64,000 nucleotides of DNA, from positions 1 through 64,000 of the forward strand of contig JAUGWO010000070.1 in assembly GCA_049724395.1 (NCBI GenBank), written 5' to 3'. The DNA is from Spongospora subterranea f. sp. subterranea (lineage: Eukaryota). The notes beneath the pieces were generated by a model, which saw only the letters and a program-made list of their open reading frames with translations, had not been told where the DNA came from and did not search any database. Made by a program: the position numbers and the translations under genes. Below are positions 62,801 through 64,000 of the stretch, piece after piece (within the stretch, counting starts at the first letter, position 1; the number at the start of each line of letters is the position of its first letter).

Positions 62801-63199
62801 AGAATATCATGATATAATCATACTTTACTGGTAAGTCGTACAACAGTTCCCATCTCGACTATAATGGTATTCGAGCCCGTCCTTATCTGAACGATATCGC
62901 CTGACGATAGTTTGACGCCGAGTAGTCTATCGCTATCAACTGTTGGCGCCATAACTAGCTCTATTCGCCCTCCAATAGCGGTCCTATACTCAACGATGTG
63001 TAATCGCCTGATAGCCTGCCATCATCCCATCATCATTGATAACGACCAGGGATAGTCCAGGCAGATAGTATACCAGGCCAGCCGCCTCAAGCGACCTTAT
63101 CGGCAGACCATCACCATAGGACAGCAGGTCATCAGCCTCCGCCTGGCGTTCGGCAGATACCAGCTGTTGAAGAGAGCTGATCAAGTTCGGCTCCGGCAT
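59835..63199 (-). CDS. IGHMBP2: IGHMBP2/SMUBP-2-like SF1 helicase with R3H domain and C-terminal AN1-like zinc finger, multi-exon
   Basis: GPPGCGKTT, CAPSNIAVD, RLGHPAR, IIDEAGQ, GDHKQLAP, QYRMN, TIDGFQGREKE and RRINVACTRARR; R3H RMVVHDVAERCRMDHGSSGEG; HGCG motif near the C-terminus. Confidence 0.88.
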
Positions 63200-63348
63200 T
63201 GGATACGACGATATCTAGGGCGATAAGGTCCACCGTCCCAATTCGGGCCGAATCGCGGTAAACGGGCACGGGCCGGCGCGCCCTTTAATTGACAATGACG
63301 ATGTGCGAGAAGACTGCAAATGAACCTAATGATAATAGGGAGTGATTA

Positions 63349-64000
63349 TTATCCGTGTCCCACCACATTAATGGACGCGCTGATTGGCCCATTACCGTTA
63401 TATATGGTGTACTGCCGCTGACATTGGATAATAGGATCCCAAAGAGAGCAAGAAATCAGATTTGCAACACGGAAGATGCAGACTTCATCTTCTTTTGATG
63501 TCGGGAGAAACGTACTGACGAAATTCAAAAAGCTCCAGAGGTTGAACAGTTTATTTACATCGCAGATACAGTCGTCATAAGACGTGTTCAAACAAATCCT
63601 TTTACCGAAACCTCTGAAGCATTCTTCTAGTGGACCCTTGACCACAGTTGCCTGATTGACCCTTCCCCTTCATGACACAGAACACCATTTGGTGTTAGTC
63701 CGATAGTCCGCGATTGATCATGAACCCCGTAACGGTAATAACAATTGTCTGAGAGGGTTATTCTGTCTGTGTCATCTCGCGTGGTCAAAACACCCATCTC
63801 CTGTTACCACTTGACCGCTAACTGTGATACCGGTTTCGGTCACCTTTTCTCCCTCGTGTCGGGCTGATTTTGTCCAGCCCTGTTCCCAGAAATGACAATC
63901 AAATCGTCCCGGGGTTCGCCCAGAACGGCGATGCGGGCGGGAATACAGCTCATTACGCCCCATATCCACTGAGCAATCCATGTTGGACCAGTACGATGGC
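63349..64000 (-). CDS. Possible 3' exons of an unidentified gene entering from the window end
   Basis: Two minus-strand ORF pieces (63772-63981 and 63349-63645) directly upstream of IGHMBP2; no recognisable motif. Confidence 0.25.

Overview
Eukaryotic genomic DNA, probably a protist: short 50-60 nt GT-AG introns plus Crinkler-like and GT60 genes suggest a plasmodiophorid/oomycete-like parasite (inference only). Bases 1-41,300 are mostly nested, degraded transposons: two Tc1/mariner-superfamily elements, two Copia elements, several Gypsy/chromovirus pieces, an RNase H-bearing LINE, and MULE/piggyBac-like scraps. Bases 41,800-64,000 hold host genes (GT60 GlcNAc-transferase, ARPC2, a TPR-Hsp70 fusion, VPS33, IGHMBP2) separated by satellite arrays, a 28S rRNA scrap and a Crinkler-like pseudogene. 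The main discovery is the GC-rich block at about 16.45-24.67 kb, which looks like nonsense in the ORF track. It appears to be an endogenous rolling-circle (HUH/CRESS-type) element. It has a perfect hairpin carrying the geminivirus nonanucleotide TAATATTAC, TTGGTAY iteron-like repeats, and several diverged 5' fragments of an intron-containing geminivirus-like Rep gene (motif I LFATWPQC, then ENHRDGT after a 62-nt intron and a frameshift). Three rearrangement junctions fall within 0-2 nt of the canonical nick site. The block sits at the centre of a ~14.7-kb nested palindrome, which could be partly an amplification or assembly artefact. All coordinates were read by eye and no database searches were run.
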